From NCBI RefSeq assembly GCF_006345805.1, contig NC_042997.1, positions 79,856,001-79,920,000 on the forward strand: DNA of 64,000 nucleotides, written 5' to 3'. The DNA is from Octopus sinensis. Taxonomy: Eukaryota. Positions 34,699 to 47,993 of this stretch are shown here, one piece after another. The notes beneath the pieces are model-generated. The model was not told the DNA's origin. It made no database searches and saw nothing but the letters and a program-made list of their open reading frames with translations. Both the position numbers and the translations under genes were made by a program. Every line of letters begins with the position of its first letter. The first letter of the stretch is position 1.

Positions 34699-37282
34699 TC
34701 TGTTTGCTGTTGAAAAAGAGTTTCTCACAAAAATATTTTTGGCTCTTTTAGTCAGATACAATATAAACTGAGAGTTAACGATATATTGATTTTCCATTTT
34801 TTATTCGTTCATATTGTTTTACTACTTGCATGCGAGTTAAATACCCCTCTTTACCATGGACTAGGGCCGTCATTAAAGACCAGTGTATAACATTCGGTTA
34901 GTGTCAAACTTTTCAGAGACTGATGTTCACAACTTATTTTCGTGGAATAGGGTCATTTTCATAGACATTAGATTTCTCACAATATTATTATTATTCACTA
35001 TGTAAACAAAAAGAAAAAGTATTCAAGTCCTACAAACCAACACTCGCTACTCAAGGAGAATTACAGTACCAGGATTTACTGCCAGTTCGGAGAGTTAGTA
35101 GGGTGTAACCTGACTACATAAAAGTCAGCATAGCGAAGATCAGTTTTATGCTTCCCTGTTGAAAGGATGTGATGTCCTGAGAACAGTCTGGTATTGGCAT
35201 AATTATGATTCTTTTTGTTGAAGCTCAAGCAGTCATCTAAAGAAAGAATGTTGGGATAATTGTAGGTGGAGTTATTCATAAATGGATTAAGGCTCTCAAT
35301 ATTTTGCCATGCTCTGGCAGATACCAAATTCTATTCAGACCAACAAAAGTGTGTCTTCTCTAATCTTTTGTAAAAGACAAAGCTTTAATGCAAATATCTC
35401 TGATAATGCAGTAAATTCCTCAAATGAACGTTTCAATGCCTAAAAGTTAGAGCTGTGATGGAATTAATGATTGTTACCAAACATATTCAAATGTTTCTCT
35501 TTTTCCCACCAAGGAATTTCTAAAGATCAAAAACAACATAATATTGTTATCAGAATTGAAGGCAACTGGAATATGGAAAATTAAATGTCCTGCTTATTCA
35601 CTTATTTCTATTTGTTGGAAACATATTCTCTAATAAGAATAATAACGATAAGAATGCTTATTATTTAATCCTATGGCAGATAGAAAACCTAAATATAAGA
35701 AATAATATAATTCTCTATATTGGCTGCAGATGTATAGGAAGAGAAACATCAATTTGACGTCCTTTTTTCTAAGGCATTAACCATCTGAGTTTTACTTGAT
35801 TATTTAAAACCACACTTCACTTTACAGTGAAATGCTGATGATATACTCTACATGGAATACACACACAGACATTATTTAAAACAGTTTGATTCGGCTTCAT
35901 GCGACTTAAAGTTTCGAGCCAAATCAAACTGTTTTAAAAAATACATATATAACCTGTTGAGTGCTTTTTTCTTTCGTTTGTCCACTCACTTGTGTGTGTG
36001 TGTACATAATTGTGACAGTCGTGTGCAGCCCAACCCTGGGCGTAACTGGGGTAAGCCATTTTACTCAGCATTTTGATTTCCATGTTAGATAGTATTTGAA
36101 CCACATAAAATATATTTTAATATTTTACGATTCTTACATCACGATATATATATATGACTTTGTTTTTGGACCACACCTTGAATTTCCGGGCTCTGGACAT
36201 TTGAACTAGCCATCTCTTCCCCTCTCATAGGCCCTGTTTATATCACACACGCACAAATTGATATCCGTCGTTCGACTCCTAGGATTCAGTTTTTCGGTGA
36301 ACCTAACCACCTGCTCTTGAATTAACTTTTTAGTAGCTGAGTATTCCCATATGTACGACCTTCATGTAACTCTCAAGGCTAGACCTTTTGAATTCTACAC
36401 CAGGTTATTAGCATTACAGTGCCGAAGTGATGTATGTGTGTCTAGGTGTAGTTGTAAACAAGTGGTGCTATTTGTTTCCACTTTTCTGTGAAAACAGGTC
36501 TGGCTTCAAGGAAGCAGTTAAGGGTTGGGACATAAAGAGCATCCAGCCACAGAAAATCTGCCTCAATAAATTCTCATAGCATAGAAAAGTAGACATTAAA
36601 ATGATGATAGTGATATATATATATATGCTTGTGTGTGTTTACATATGTGCATGCATACACTTGTACACATGCATATGTGTGTGTGTGTGGGTGGGTGGTT
36701 ACCTCAACTAGAGTAACCATGTATCTTACCACACAGCAAGACACCTGTTCCTGTCCTTTAACCTCATAACACGTGGCATAAAGTCACTTCCCCACAATAC
36801 TATATGTATATTCTCTGAACATGTTGCAAGCGACACCCATCTTTGCCACATTTGTGTAAAAGAGTGTAGATCCCTTGTATGAATGAAATGCCACATCTGT
36901 ACTGCTGATTTTAAGAGAACAATCATGCAATGCATTACTTGAAGTCAGATTACTATCAGCTAACACACACTCTTACATACACACAATTTTTAAAAATTAG
37001 GGATCAAGAGAGAGGGAGCAGGATGCAGACATATAAAGGAATGTGGAATGGGAAGAGATCAGGAGATAAAGGAGGTGGAATCTGTGAGATGACCATATCA
37101 TTGGAAAAATGGAGGGTTTAAGGAAACACAATGGGAAGAGACATATAGCAGCACAATGAGAAGATCTATAAAGTTCTAGGAGTATGAGGGTAGATGAAAC
37201 CTACCCAGTGTCTTAGTATGGATTTTCTCTTGTGTATGCCTGTATCTTAATGTCAAGATGGAGATCTTGACATTAAGATACA

Positions 37283-37580
37283 AGTTGCTTAGAATTATAC
37301 ATTTTTCTCTGTTCTGCAGCCCTTGCATCTCTTGGTAGCATTCCTGTACGGTCTAGATTTTTGTTGATTTTCCAGCTGTCAAAATCTGTATCATTTTCTT
37401 TAATTGCCAGATATAGCTTGCAAATTACCTCATTTTCCTTTTTACAGTGTTTATGAATGAGGCAATGTGATTGAGTTATCTTTGCTTAAAGGGTTTTTGA
37501 GTCAATCTAGTATGTTGTTCTAGGATGATGCTTTGATTATTATTTCTAGATTTACCTCTACTTCATAACTAATGACATAC
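37283..37580 (-). mobile_element. Decayed PLE GIY-YIG fragment related to the 775-aa element
   Basis: Minus strand reads LTQKPFKQR*LNHIASF...ASYIWQLK...SWKI...PYRNATKRCKGCRTEK, collinear with FYIGST..KRISIH..IWNLK..CLLCNSE of the intact ORF. Confidence 0.65.
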
Positions 37581-37809
37581 ATCATTCAGTGGGCATGCTG
37601 TTGAATTCTTACATGAGCATGTAACTTCAATATTAGGTGTATGTTTCTATAAACAATCCTGATGCTAAGGTGTTGAAATTGTTTTGACCTTCAAACGACA
37701 GCTGATGAGGGGAGAGTTGTGTCTAGGTTTATACTTTTCCATGTCTTGTTCTTTTAACATATTGGCTATGCTTGTGTTTTCTTTCTTTCTCTTTCAGTTT
37801 CTCTCCCTA

Positions 37810-38500
37810 TACAGGGTGTGGTGAATAAACGGTTGTCTAAATTATGCAAAAATGAAAATAACACTGACGTTTCATTTTAACAGATATATTTTCCAAAATT
37901 ACATTAGAATATCTTGAAATACTATAGAGTAAATTTATTCAATAAAATCACCATTAGCTTCAACCACAGCCTTCAGATGACTTCAAAATCTGCAATTCTT
38001 CTGGACAGTCTCCTTGTTTAAGTTGGTGAATGCTGCCATAATTTTTGCCTTCAGTCATCTTCGGTGTTACAAGGAGTTGCTCAACTGCACCCCACACATA
38101 ATAATCAAGGCGGTTGCAGTCTGGGGAGTTAGGTGACCAGATGTTAGGGGTGATGTGGTCAGAGAATTTGTCTGACAGCCATGACTGGGTTCTTCTGCTT
38201 GCGTGGCATGGTCTGTTGCCAGACATAAGTTCTTCCAGCAGCCACCCTCTTGACCCAGGGCAGCACTACCTCCTCCAGGTACTTGATATAGGCCTCCGTG
38301 TTGAGTCTGAGGTCAAGTGGGAAGATGAATGGAGGCATAATGTCGCCATCACTAGTGACCATACCAAACACCATGAAGTTGACTAAATGTTTTGATTTTT
38401 ATCACTCTCAGTACATGTCCTCAGATTAACACCCAAAGACTCTGAAATGTTCATATTAGAGCTTCCAGTGTGAATGCCAAGCAGTACAGCATGTTGTCAT
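37810..38500 (-). mobile_element. Tc1/mariner DD37D (maT-type) 3' part
   Basis: MVFGMVTSDGDIMPPFIF...YLEEVVLPW...YVWQQ and PCHASRRTQSWL...WSPNSPDCNRLDYYVWG; TA-cagggtgt terminus near 37810. Confidence 0.85.
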
Positions 38501-38503
38501 ACA

Positions 38504-39710
38504 TGCACATCCTGCAGAGCTTGCTAACTTCATTTCTTTCTAGTTTTTGCATATAATCTGCATTTGTGGCCCATGTTTCGCTATCCTGTAGTAGTGTTGT
38601 TCATACACATATATCATACAATTTTCCTTTTTCTTTAAGAGAGGCCTTTTGTTTACCAACAGAGGTAATAGTGCTCTGAAGTATTGCTATTTTCAGAACA
38701 TCTTCCTCCACTGCTAATTAGATCACCTAGGTAACAAACTGTCTGAGCATTCAAGAAAATCTATTATCCATGTGTTCTTAATGTTTATTTCTCCTGTGCA
38801 TCTGCTACAAAGTCTGTTAGTCTTTCAATGATTCTACTGCATTCTTGTATCCATAATTTTTATTAGCAATACCATTTGGAATTACTGTCCACACCTTTTT
38901 TTTACATGTCAAACAGAGCTATTTTCCTACTTACTAGGACTTTGATCTCTTCTAAGTTAACTTCAAGAACCTTTGATTCTATGTTTTGCTTCCACACCTG
39001 AAATTTCTTTTCTTATTTTGCTAACAAGGTCGTTAACATAAAGGAGTTCTCACAGACAGCTTGTCTTAAGCTCCTCTGTTATAGCCAAGAGAAAAATGAT
39101 AAATTGGATGGGTTTGAGAGCTGAGCCCCATTGAACTCCTACCTGCACACTAAATTTGTCACTTTATTTATTATTAACTTTCACCTTACTGATAGCATCC
39201 CTGTATATGTCTTGGATGGCTCTTAGTCTACTCCCAGCTTCAGTAGCAATCCCCAAATCAAAGAGCCAGGGGCCCTGTTAAAGACTTTATCCAGGTCAGT
39301 GACAGCTAAATACTTCTCCTGCAATTGCTTAACTAGGAAGAGAGCATCTGTGGTACTCCTTCCTCATTCAAATATAAAGCAAAACTGCATTTTATCTTGT
39401 CTAACCATCTTCCTAATTAGTTGTGATATAATTTTTTCTGTAATTTTTAAGACCTGGCATAACAGTTTTATACATCTATAATTACTTCTCTCTAAGACAT
39501 CTCCTTTTCTCTTATATCAATTGACTGTAGTGCTGCTATACCAGTCATTAGGCATATCTTTCTGTACAACCTGATCAACTATACAGGTAACTAGATCATA
39601 TCCAACTCTGCCAGATATTTTAAGCATCTAATTGGTAATTCCTGATGGACCAGCTGCTTTCTCTTACTTTATGACTTTTGTTGCATTATTTGTCATACTA
39701 TTATCAATTT
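38504..39710 (-). mobile_element. RTE-clade LINE RT remnant
   Basis: Minus-strand fragments KAAGPSGIT and CYLGDLISSGG...KGKLYDICV..LLQDSETWA...KLERNE. Confidence 0.75.
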
Positions 39711-39825
39711 GAATCTTATGTATATATTTATATATATATACATATTCTTGTGTATGTGTACTTTGTTTCATATTTATATTTGCATTTTATACCTTCATTT
39801 TATATCTTCATAATTGTACTTTATA

Positions 39826-39951
39826 ATCTCTGACGAGGCCTTGAGATATATATATAAGTAACTCATTTTTAACTGCATATTACCTCAATACATCTGACTA
39901 ATATAGGCATAATGAGATACCCTTATCTACAGGCTGAAACAGCTGTAAGAT
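39826..39951 (+). ncRNA. Hammerhead ribozyme with ~90-nt insert in stem II
   Basis: atct-CTGACGA-ggcct...aggct-GAAA-CAGCTG-TA-agat, in an AT-rich ~570-bp piece bounded by (TA)n at ~39725 and ~40310. Confidence 0.7.
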
Positions 39952-40319
39952 CCATTTTATATGTATTATTTTAATTTATTATCTTATTTATTGATGTATA
40001 TTGTTTTATTCTGTTTTACTCTGTTGGATTTGGATGTTCCTATTTAATTAGTTAATAAATTATATGAATTGGTATTATCTGTAAGTTGATGATTGTAAGA
40101 AATCTATTCCTCCATTTTCTTATTTTGTATTAGGAATTTGAGGTAAAACATTTTACCTTTGCCCATATAATACAATAAATGAACTAATTGCATTGCAATT
40201 GTAAGCATTTAGGTATTAGCCTTTTGGGTACTTCACTGGCAGTATATTGGATAAATGATATCCCATAGTGGGTTACACTCATAACCCCTATCTCATTTTG
40301 TACTTATATATATATATGC

Positions 40320-41125
40320 ATAATCAAGAGTCACAATGAAGAGAGGAGCCAGAGGATTATCTTGTAAAACTCCAGTGTTCACCTTGGAAGAATTAGTTTC
40401 ACCTTCAGGAGTAACCACTATAGATGAAATATTGACATATGTTTGATGGCTTCAGTGATGAAATTTGAAACGCTATAAGCACTTAAGATCCTGAGCATAA
40501 TACTCCTGTCAATGAAGTCAAATGCTTTACAGAAGTTGATGAAGACAATCACTGTTTCTTTGCTATGATTTTGAATCTCCTTAATTATCCTTCACAAGGT
40601 TAAGATTTGCAGAGATGTTGATCTGTCCTGACAGAAACCATTTTGATTTGGTCAGAGAAGAGGGTCAAGGACAGCGCAAATGATTCAATAAAAGATGACT
40701 GCATATTTTTGCAGCAACCTGGGAGAGAGAGAAATTCCTTGGTAGTTATCGGGTATAGTCAGGCAGGCCTTAGGAATGGGAATGATGCCAGATGCACCCA
40801 CTCTGGAAGTTAGATAGTAACCATACCTGTCTCTTGCATACTGCTCTTAAAATCTCTTGGCAGTCACATACAGCTAACAAGATCTTATATGGGCATCTTC
40901 CGAAGATTTCAACTGTCATAAGAACGTGTCATGTACATTTGAGACACATTGAAGCTGCTGTGAGAGTTCTGTTATGGTCCCCTGATGTCACTTGTAGACA
41001 TTGCTGCCTGAACCAGACACTCAAGAAAATCATTGAAGAAGACATTGGATTTCATGAGTGTTTTGATGAATGTGATACTAGATCACAATGCATGAAGGAA
41101 CCTCATAGTGTTACTAATTGATGTT
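40320..41125. mobile_element. LINE (RTE/RTEX-like) with 5' inversion
   Basis: 40320-40790 on minus gives NYQGISL, QNGFCQDRST, FINFCKAFDFIDR and GVLQDNPLAPL. 40792-41121 on plus gives C-terminal ALKISWQSHTANKILYGHLPKIS...VLLWSP. Confidence 0.7.
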
Positions 41126-41141
41126 GGATGATATAAATATT

Positions 41142-41365
41142 TAGGTGCAGGATTGGCTGTGCGGTAAGAAGCTTGCTTTCCAACCACATGGTTCTGGGTT
41201 CAGTTCCACTGCATCACACTTTGGGCAAGTGTCTTCTACTATAGCTTCAAGCTGACCAAAGCCTTGTGAGTGAATTTTGTAGACGGAAACTGAAAGAAAC
41301 CTGTCACATATATGTACATACATACATATATATAATCTGAGATACTTGTTTTTGTTTTCCTTTTC

Positions 41366-41410
<45 letters not shown>

Positions 41411-41645
41411 GTGTGCATGTGTGCCTTTATATCTGTGTTAGTCCTCGCCACCACCGCTTGACAACTGGTGCTAGTGTATTTACATCCCTGTAACTTAGTA
41501 GTTTGCAAAAGAGACTAATACAATAAGTACCAGGCTTTAAAAAAATAAGTACTGGGTTGATACATTTGACTAAAAATTCTTCTAGGCGGTGTCCCAGCAT
41601 GGCCACAGTCTAATGATTGAAACAAGTAAAAGATAAAAGATAAAT
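41142..41645 (+). mobile_element. Full-length tRNA-derived CORE-type SINE
   Basis: A-box-like tggctgtgcggt, B-box-like ggttcagttcc, ttgggcaagtgtcttc core, internal (TA)n and an (aaagat) tail. Related copies lie at ~42560, 44820(-), 48070(-), 59438 and 62480(-). Confidence 0.8.
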
Positions 41646-42702
41646 ATATATATATATAGCAAGATGTTTTAAAGTCTACTTTTCCATGCTTGCATGGGTT
41701 GAATGTATGTTGGGGCAGAGTTTTCTATAGTTTGATGCCCTTTCTGTTGCCAAATTGTGTCCAAGCATGGTAATAATTTTCCAGTCTATTGAATAACAAA
41801 AAACAGCTTAGACATACATGTTTACCTCAAAGAACTGGAAACGAAAGACACTTCATGAAGTGGTAATTTGTTTATAAAGATATTGCCACATGTCAAGACA
41901 TGTCAAAAGCCTGGTCATGATTTTGTAATGGACTGCATGCAAATAACACTGTCTGAAAGCTAATACTTATGTGTGAGGAACGTATGTGAAGATAAGAGAA
42001 ATATGAATTCATACAAATACATAAACATACAGATACACAAGGAAATAAGACGATTGAAGACAACATGACCGAAGAGACAGGAGAGATGATAGAGACCTTG
42101 AAGGGGTGAGAGAAAAGGAAAAGAGTGTTAAGAGAGCAAAGCAGGTTGGGAGAATTAAGTTTGCACATTTTGGACACTTGGTCTAATGTAACTTCCTATA
42201 TGTAGGCTTAGAGGTGAGCAGGTGTGCTCAATATTCTGAGATACATACATACAGTAAAGGCAGTGTGACCCAGGATGTATGGGAGAAAAAGCACAGTTAT
42301 TAGATAGGAGTGACAGGTGGTACAGGAGGGGAAGGTGAAGGTAGAGTCTACTGGGTACAACAGATTTAAAGACGAGTATAATGGCAGAATGAAGTGAGGA
42401 AATGGAGGGTAGTATAGAAAGGAAGGAAAGTGACATCTGCTGGGCACAATTAGTCCAAAGGAAGTGCAAGCAGGTTATCAAGAATCATCAGATTCAGTTA
42501 AGTCCTGAGTATTTGTGTTTGTAAATATGTGGTTCCAAAACTCTTGTATTTTCTTGCTTCCTGATCATGTAATTTCAGGTTCAGTTCTACTGTGCAGCAC
42601 TCTGGGCAAGTGTCTTGACCAAAGCATTGTGAATGGTTTTGGTTGACAAACTGGAAAAAACCCATCATCTATACAAATATAGTAAATATACATTTACATA
42701 TA

Positions 42703-44250
42703 TATTAGGTCGTCAAGTAAAAAATTTGTAGAAAAGAAAATAAAGTTTGCTAATGTTTTATAAATACAAGGAATAGTTGCACATCCTGCAGAGCCTGCTA
42801 ACTTCATTTCTTTCTAGTTTTTGCATATAATCTGCATTTGTGGCCCATGTTTCGCTATCCTGTAGTAGTGTTGTTCATACACATATATCATACAATTTTC
42901 CTTTTTCTTTGAGAGAGGCCTTTTGTTTACCAACAGAGGTAATAGTGCTCTGAAGTATTGCTATTTTCAGAACATCTTCCTCCACTGCTAATTAGATCAC
43001 CTAGGTAACAAACTGTCTGAGCATTCCTCATATGCTTACCTCATATTCCTTTTTACAGTGTTTATGAATGAGGCAATGTGATTGAGTTATCTTTGCTTAA
43101 AGGGTTTTTGAGTCAAGGTATGCACCCATATCGTCAATACACTTTTGCCATTTCAGAGGCTGCTTGTCCAGCCCGGAACTGTAAAAGCCTGGTAATCTAG
43201 AGTCAATAAAATCTTGGAAGGCCTGTTTTACAGCATCATCAGAATTAAATTTTTTTCCTATCAATAAGTTATCCAAATTTTGGAAGTGGTGGTCAGTGGA
43301 TGCAAGATATATGAGTATGGTGGATGATGGAAAACTTCCAACTTCAACTCCTGTAGTTTCACCAGTGTCATTTTTGCGATGTGTGGTCTGGCATTGTCTT
43401 GCAGTAAAATAGGAGTGAATCTGGTGACTAATCTAGGCTGGTTTTTTTTGTAAGTTTCTGCATCATTTGCTCCATTTGGCTGCAGTATACTTCAGCTGTG
43501 ATTGATGAGCCAGGTTTAATGAAATCATAATGGATCACATCTGTGCCAGACCACCAAACACACACCATCAGTTTCTTTTGATGAATTTTGCTTTTTGGAC
43601 TGTGTTTTGGTGGCTTGTCTTTGTCCAGCCATTGTGCTGAACATTTACGGTTGTTGTATTGGATTCATTTTTCATCACGTTACTTTTTGATTAAAAAATT
43701 ATCTATTTTTGTGACCAGAAAGTAGCATAATGCAGGCTTCCAAACATTGTTGTTTCTGATATTCATTGAGTTCATGTAGAACCCACTTATCCAACTTTTT
43801 CACTTCACCAATTTGAACTAGGTGGGTCAGTATTGTTTGTTTGCTAACAACAACGATAATTCACAGGCACTTTGAGATGGATCTGACTCGATGGTGGCTT
43901 TCAGTTTGTCATCATTCACCTCTGTTTCTGGTTGACCGTGTTACTCATTTGTGAAGTCAAAGTTACCAGAACAAAATTTTGCAAACCAATTTGATATTGT
44001 CTGCTGTGTAATACCAATGGAATGAAATACTTCATTAATATTCCGAGCTGTTTCTGATGCTGTATTTCCAAGAACTGAACAAATTTCCGACTTATCCATC
44101 TCTAAACAAAAATAGAAAAAGGTGATTTAGCACTACTTTATAAAGTGCAAAATGAGTTAAAGAAAAGAAATAGATGTATCAGCTTTCTAACAAAAAATAA
44201 AGATTGTCAAAATATAATAATGGCGCAAAAATGTCAAAGTTTACCATACA
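42703..44250 (-). mobile_element. Mariner (DD34D, Hsmar-like) element, decayed, with a templated insertion at 42778-43116
   Basis: ATG at 44099: MDKSEI...ASETARNINEVF...TISNWFAKFCSGNFDFTNE, then QDNARPH, HPPYS and LKWQKCIDDMGAY; TA-ttaggtcg TIR at ~42703. Confidence 0.85.
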
Positions 44251-45290
44251 TATATCTTACTATATATTTCATACTTGATGAAGTGAAAGTTGTAAATGAG
44301 AATCCCCATCATAAAAGTGATGTTTTTCATTTCTAGTTTTCCATGAAAAACAAGTCTGACCATGGGAAAATATTATACTGTGTAGAAGCAGGTGAGGGTT
44401 GGCACCAGGAATGGCATCCAGCTGTAGAAAATCTGCTTCAACAAATTCTGTCTAAGCTACACAAGCATGGTAAAATGGGTATTAAAATGATGATGATGAT
44501 ATTTATATATATGATGTGTATGTGTATAAATATTTATATATGATCATTGTTTTAACATCCACTTTTCCACCCTTGCATAGGTCAGACAGAGCTTGTTAAG
44601 GCAGATTTTCTGCGATTGGAAGCCTTCTCTGTCACTAAATTTTAGTTGTTTCCAAACAAACAAAATTTTCCCCATGAGTGAACTTATTGTGATGGTAGAC
44701 TGGAAAGATGGCACACTACTTGTATAATAGTGATACTCATTCATAACCATAATGTGATGGTGAAATAAGGATGTACAAACACACACACACATATGAATAC
44801 ACACGTAAGTATTACATATGTGACAAGTTTCTTTTAGTTTCCATCTACAAAATCTACTCACATGTCTTTGGCTGGCCTGGTGCTATAGTAACAAACTCTT
44901 GCTTAAGGTGCATGCAACAGGACTGAATCCAAAATAACATGGAGGGAAGCAAACTTCTTAACAGCACAGTCATGTGTGCATGCATGTGTCTGTTTGTCTA
45001 TCTATATTGATCTATTTTTATAGGTAGATAGATAAATATGTGTGTGTATGTATATATGTTTATGCATGCGTGTATGTATAAATGTGTATATGCATGTGTA
45101 AATGTAAGTGCATGTAGTGTGTGTGTGTATTTTTTGATTAATGGGAAAGATGGAATATATGAGAATATTTATTGATCACTACAATTATTTCGACCCATCT
45201 TTCATTGATCCTTTGCAGGTGGATACTGAACAACTGGTTTTAGGAGTATCCATCAGTGTAGATGTGTCTCTATATATGTGTGTATATATT

Positions 45291-45321
<31 letters not shown>

Positions 45322-45691
45322 TGAAAGATGTGTATATATGTGTGTAAATGTGTGTGCGTGTATTTCTTATTAATGACCCATGCATGGAAAAGGGGATTTT
45401 AAAATGATATATAAATATTAATACACACATACATGCGCATGCACACTCACATACATATATATATAAATATCTTCATCATCATCATCATAATGCCCATTTT
45501 ACCATGCTTGTGTAGATTAAACAGAATATATATGAAGCAAAGTAGCTAGTTAGAAAATTTTTATATGAGATGAAAGTAGTAACTATACTGAGAAGTAATG
45601 TGTGTATATATGTATGTAGATATGTATATATATATATATTTATATATATATGTATGTATGTATATATATATGTATGTATGTATATATGTAC

Positions 45692-45738
<47 letters not shown>

Positions 45739-46901
45739 CTAGCAGAGATACCTGGTGTTGCCCGTGTTACATGCAACTGAAGAATTAGACTTTTCTGTTA
45801 TATTTTCTCTAATGAACTGGACTACCTATGATTCGAATTTCATCAAAATTGCAGATGAGGGTTCTTTCCCTCTTTACACACCCTAAAAAAATTCTAATCA
45901 CGACACATGTATCCCATACTACTGATCTTTATGTACAGATTCCAAAATTCCAGTCTTATGGAACCTGTTAAAAGGATTTTGCTCCTGAAGAATTGAGGTC
46001 ATTGAGCTCTAAAATGTGGGAGTTAAGGCCCCTATTGGGGGTGGGTGTCTTAATGTCAACCAGAGAAGTTGAATTGTTGAGAATCTTTTTAAGTTGGTTA
46101 TATCTATTGTTTGAATTTCTTTGAAATAGGAAATATATGTATGTTCACTGGGTTTGTAAAAGAGAGCAAAGCTACAGGAAACCAAAAGACGAATGATCAC
46201 AATAAGCAGTCAGCTAGCCTACCCTAGTCGTTACCACTGCCAATGTAGGATTCCTCACCATACAGGTGACAGGCACAGCCATAAGATGCATTACGGATCT
46301 ATAGCAATTGGAAGGGCATGACTCATGACATGAGGGCTAAGGAGAGATGAAAGTGTCACCTCTGGAGTTTGCAAATGACCACTATACCGATAGGTAACTG
46401 GACAAAATAAATTTACAATCTATAAATGTCTTTGAATAACCAGTCACTCATCTGGGAAGGCCTTGAAATCAATGTTATCATCTGGGGACTATGTATGACC
46501 CAGTGATAATAAAAAGACTCAAAGGAGGTCTGCAACCAGATAACTTTACTGAACACTTTTCTACTGAATCAGTGGAGACAAAGATGCCTCTCATTTACTT
46601 GACAATTTATGCACCACATTGCAGAAATCACAATCTAATCTCAAAGCAATCCCTTTAAGCCATCTAAAATTCAAACCAAACATTGCATTATACCAGCCCT
46701 TATGCATTGAATGTAAATTCCAAATATTATAAGGATCCATTCAGTAATTTTGGTCAATGAAATTGTATGAAGCACACAGCATTACCCTTCTCCCTAGGCT
46801 TGGATTTTGTGTTCCAAATTTCATTAGGATCAGTGCAGTAGTTTTCGATTGTATAGGTAGCATATGAACACACATAAAGACATTGATTTTTATATAATAG
46901 A
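45739..46901 (-). mobile_element. Non-autonomous Helitron A
   Basis: On the minus strand it begins TCTATTATATAAAAA at 46901 and ends ...cacgggcaacaccaggtatctctgCTAG|T at 45739. Confidence 0.65.
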
Positions 46902-47289
46902 CTAGCTATTTTGACCCATGCTTCGCTTGGGTTTTGGTGATGGTGTTATTTTGTGCATGTTGTCTCTTTTCCCTTTCATCTTTTGTTCGTCTTCTTTGCC
47001 TGGTTCTTTTTATTGCCCTCTTCTTTTTCTTATTTTTTAACTTTTTCTTTGTCTTTATCTTCTTTAAAACTCAATTTTTCCCATATTTCTCACCATGGCA
47101 ACCACACTGTAGTCCCAAGTGACTTGCAGCCCTCCTCACACCATTGCCCACCCCATTTTACCCCCCCAGTGTAAATTTTGGCGCCAATCCGACCCCATCT
47201 ACCGCCCCTTAAACTGTTCCCATTCCAAAATGAGGCAAGTAACCAAGAAATCAAACAGCTTTTTTGCATTTCAGCTTTATAGATATTGA
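46902..47289 (-). mobile_element. Non-autonomous Helitron B, head-to-tail with A
   Basis: 5' end A|TCAATATCTATAAAGCTG at 47289 and 3' end ...cccaagcgaagccatgggtcaaaatagCTAG at 46902. Its 5' ~120 bp recur at ~47780-47899. Confidence 0.6.
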
Positions 47290-47342
47290 TTATATATATA
47301 CACATATATATGTATACACATTATATATATATATATTTATAT

Positions 47343-47373
<31 letters not shown>

Positions 47374-47924
47374 AATTAACACAATATATCTGTTATGATT
47401 GTGTGGTGATGGTGGGTGATAATAATTCACCGTTCTAAAAGACCTGTGGCGGGAATATTTAAACTTTTGCAGCTGTCAACACTTTCTCTCTATAGATACA
47501 GACAGATGTACAGTGAGAGAGGTGGTGGGAGAAAGAGTGACAGAGAGATAGCGAAGGCAGAGAGGGAATGAGAGTGGAAGTTGTCAAACATCGTTATAGA
47601 GAGAACTTGGAGGGAAGGAAGGAAAAAGAGAGATTGAGGAAGACAGGGTGATATCCGAAAGAGAGAAAGGACAAACTCTTGTCAAAGTCTGGGTTTTGTT
47701 GCCCTGGTAATCACAGCTTTTGAGATAGGGGCTTCTAACCTAGTCCAGTCACTTCCTCGCCTCTTTTTACATGTCCCTATAAATTTTGGTGTCAATCTGA
47801 CCGCCATCTACCGCCCCTTAAACCGTTCCCATCCCAAAATGGGACAAACAACCAAGAAATCAAACAACTTTTTCGCATTTCAGCTTTATAGATATTGATA
47901 TGAAAATGCACATATACATACATG

Positions 47925-47993
<69 letters not shown>

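Noticed and set aside
35852-36056. Possible signal-peptide exon ending at GGG|GTAAGC (36051)
   Set aside because: The hydrophobic frame has an upstream stop and no ATG, and its phase does not match exon 58463.
37655-37715. Hammerhead-like ctgatgct-aaggt...acctt-caaac and a following ctgatga
   Set aside because: Core positions are mutated and there is no stem III or stem I closure.
45175-45262. Degenerate minus-strand hammerhead (ctgatgg...tcGAAATAATTGTAgtgat)
   Set aside because: The core and stems I/II do not pair convincingly; at best a dead relic.
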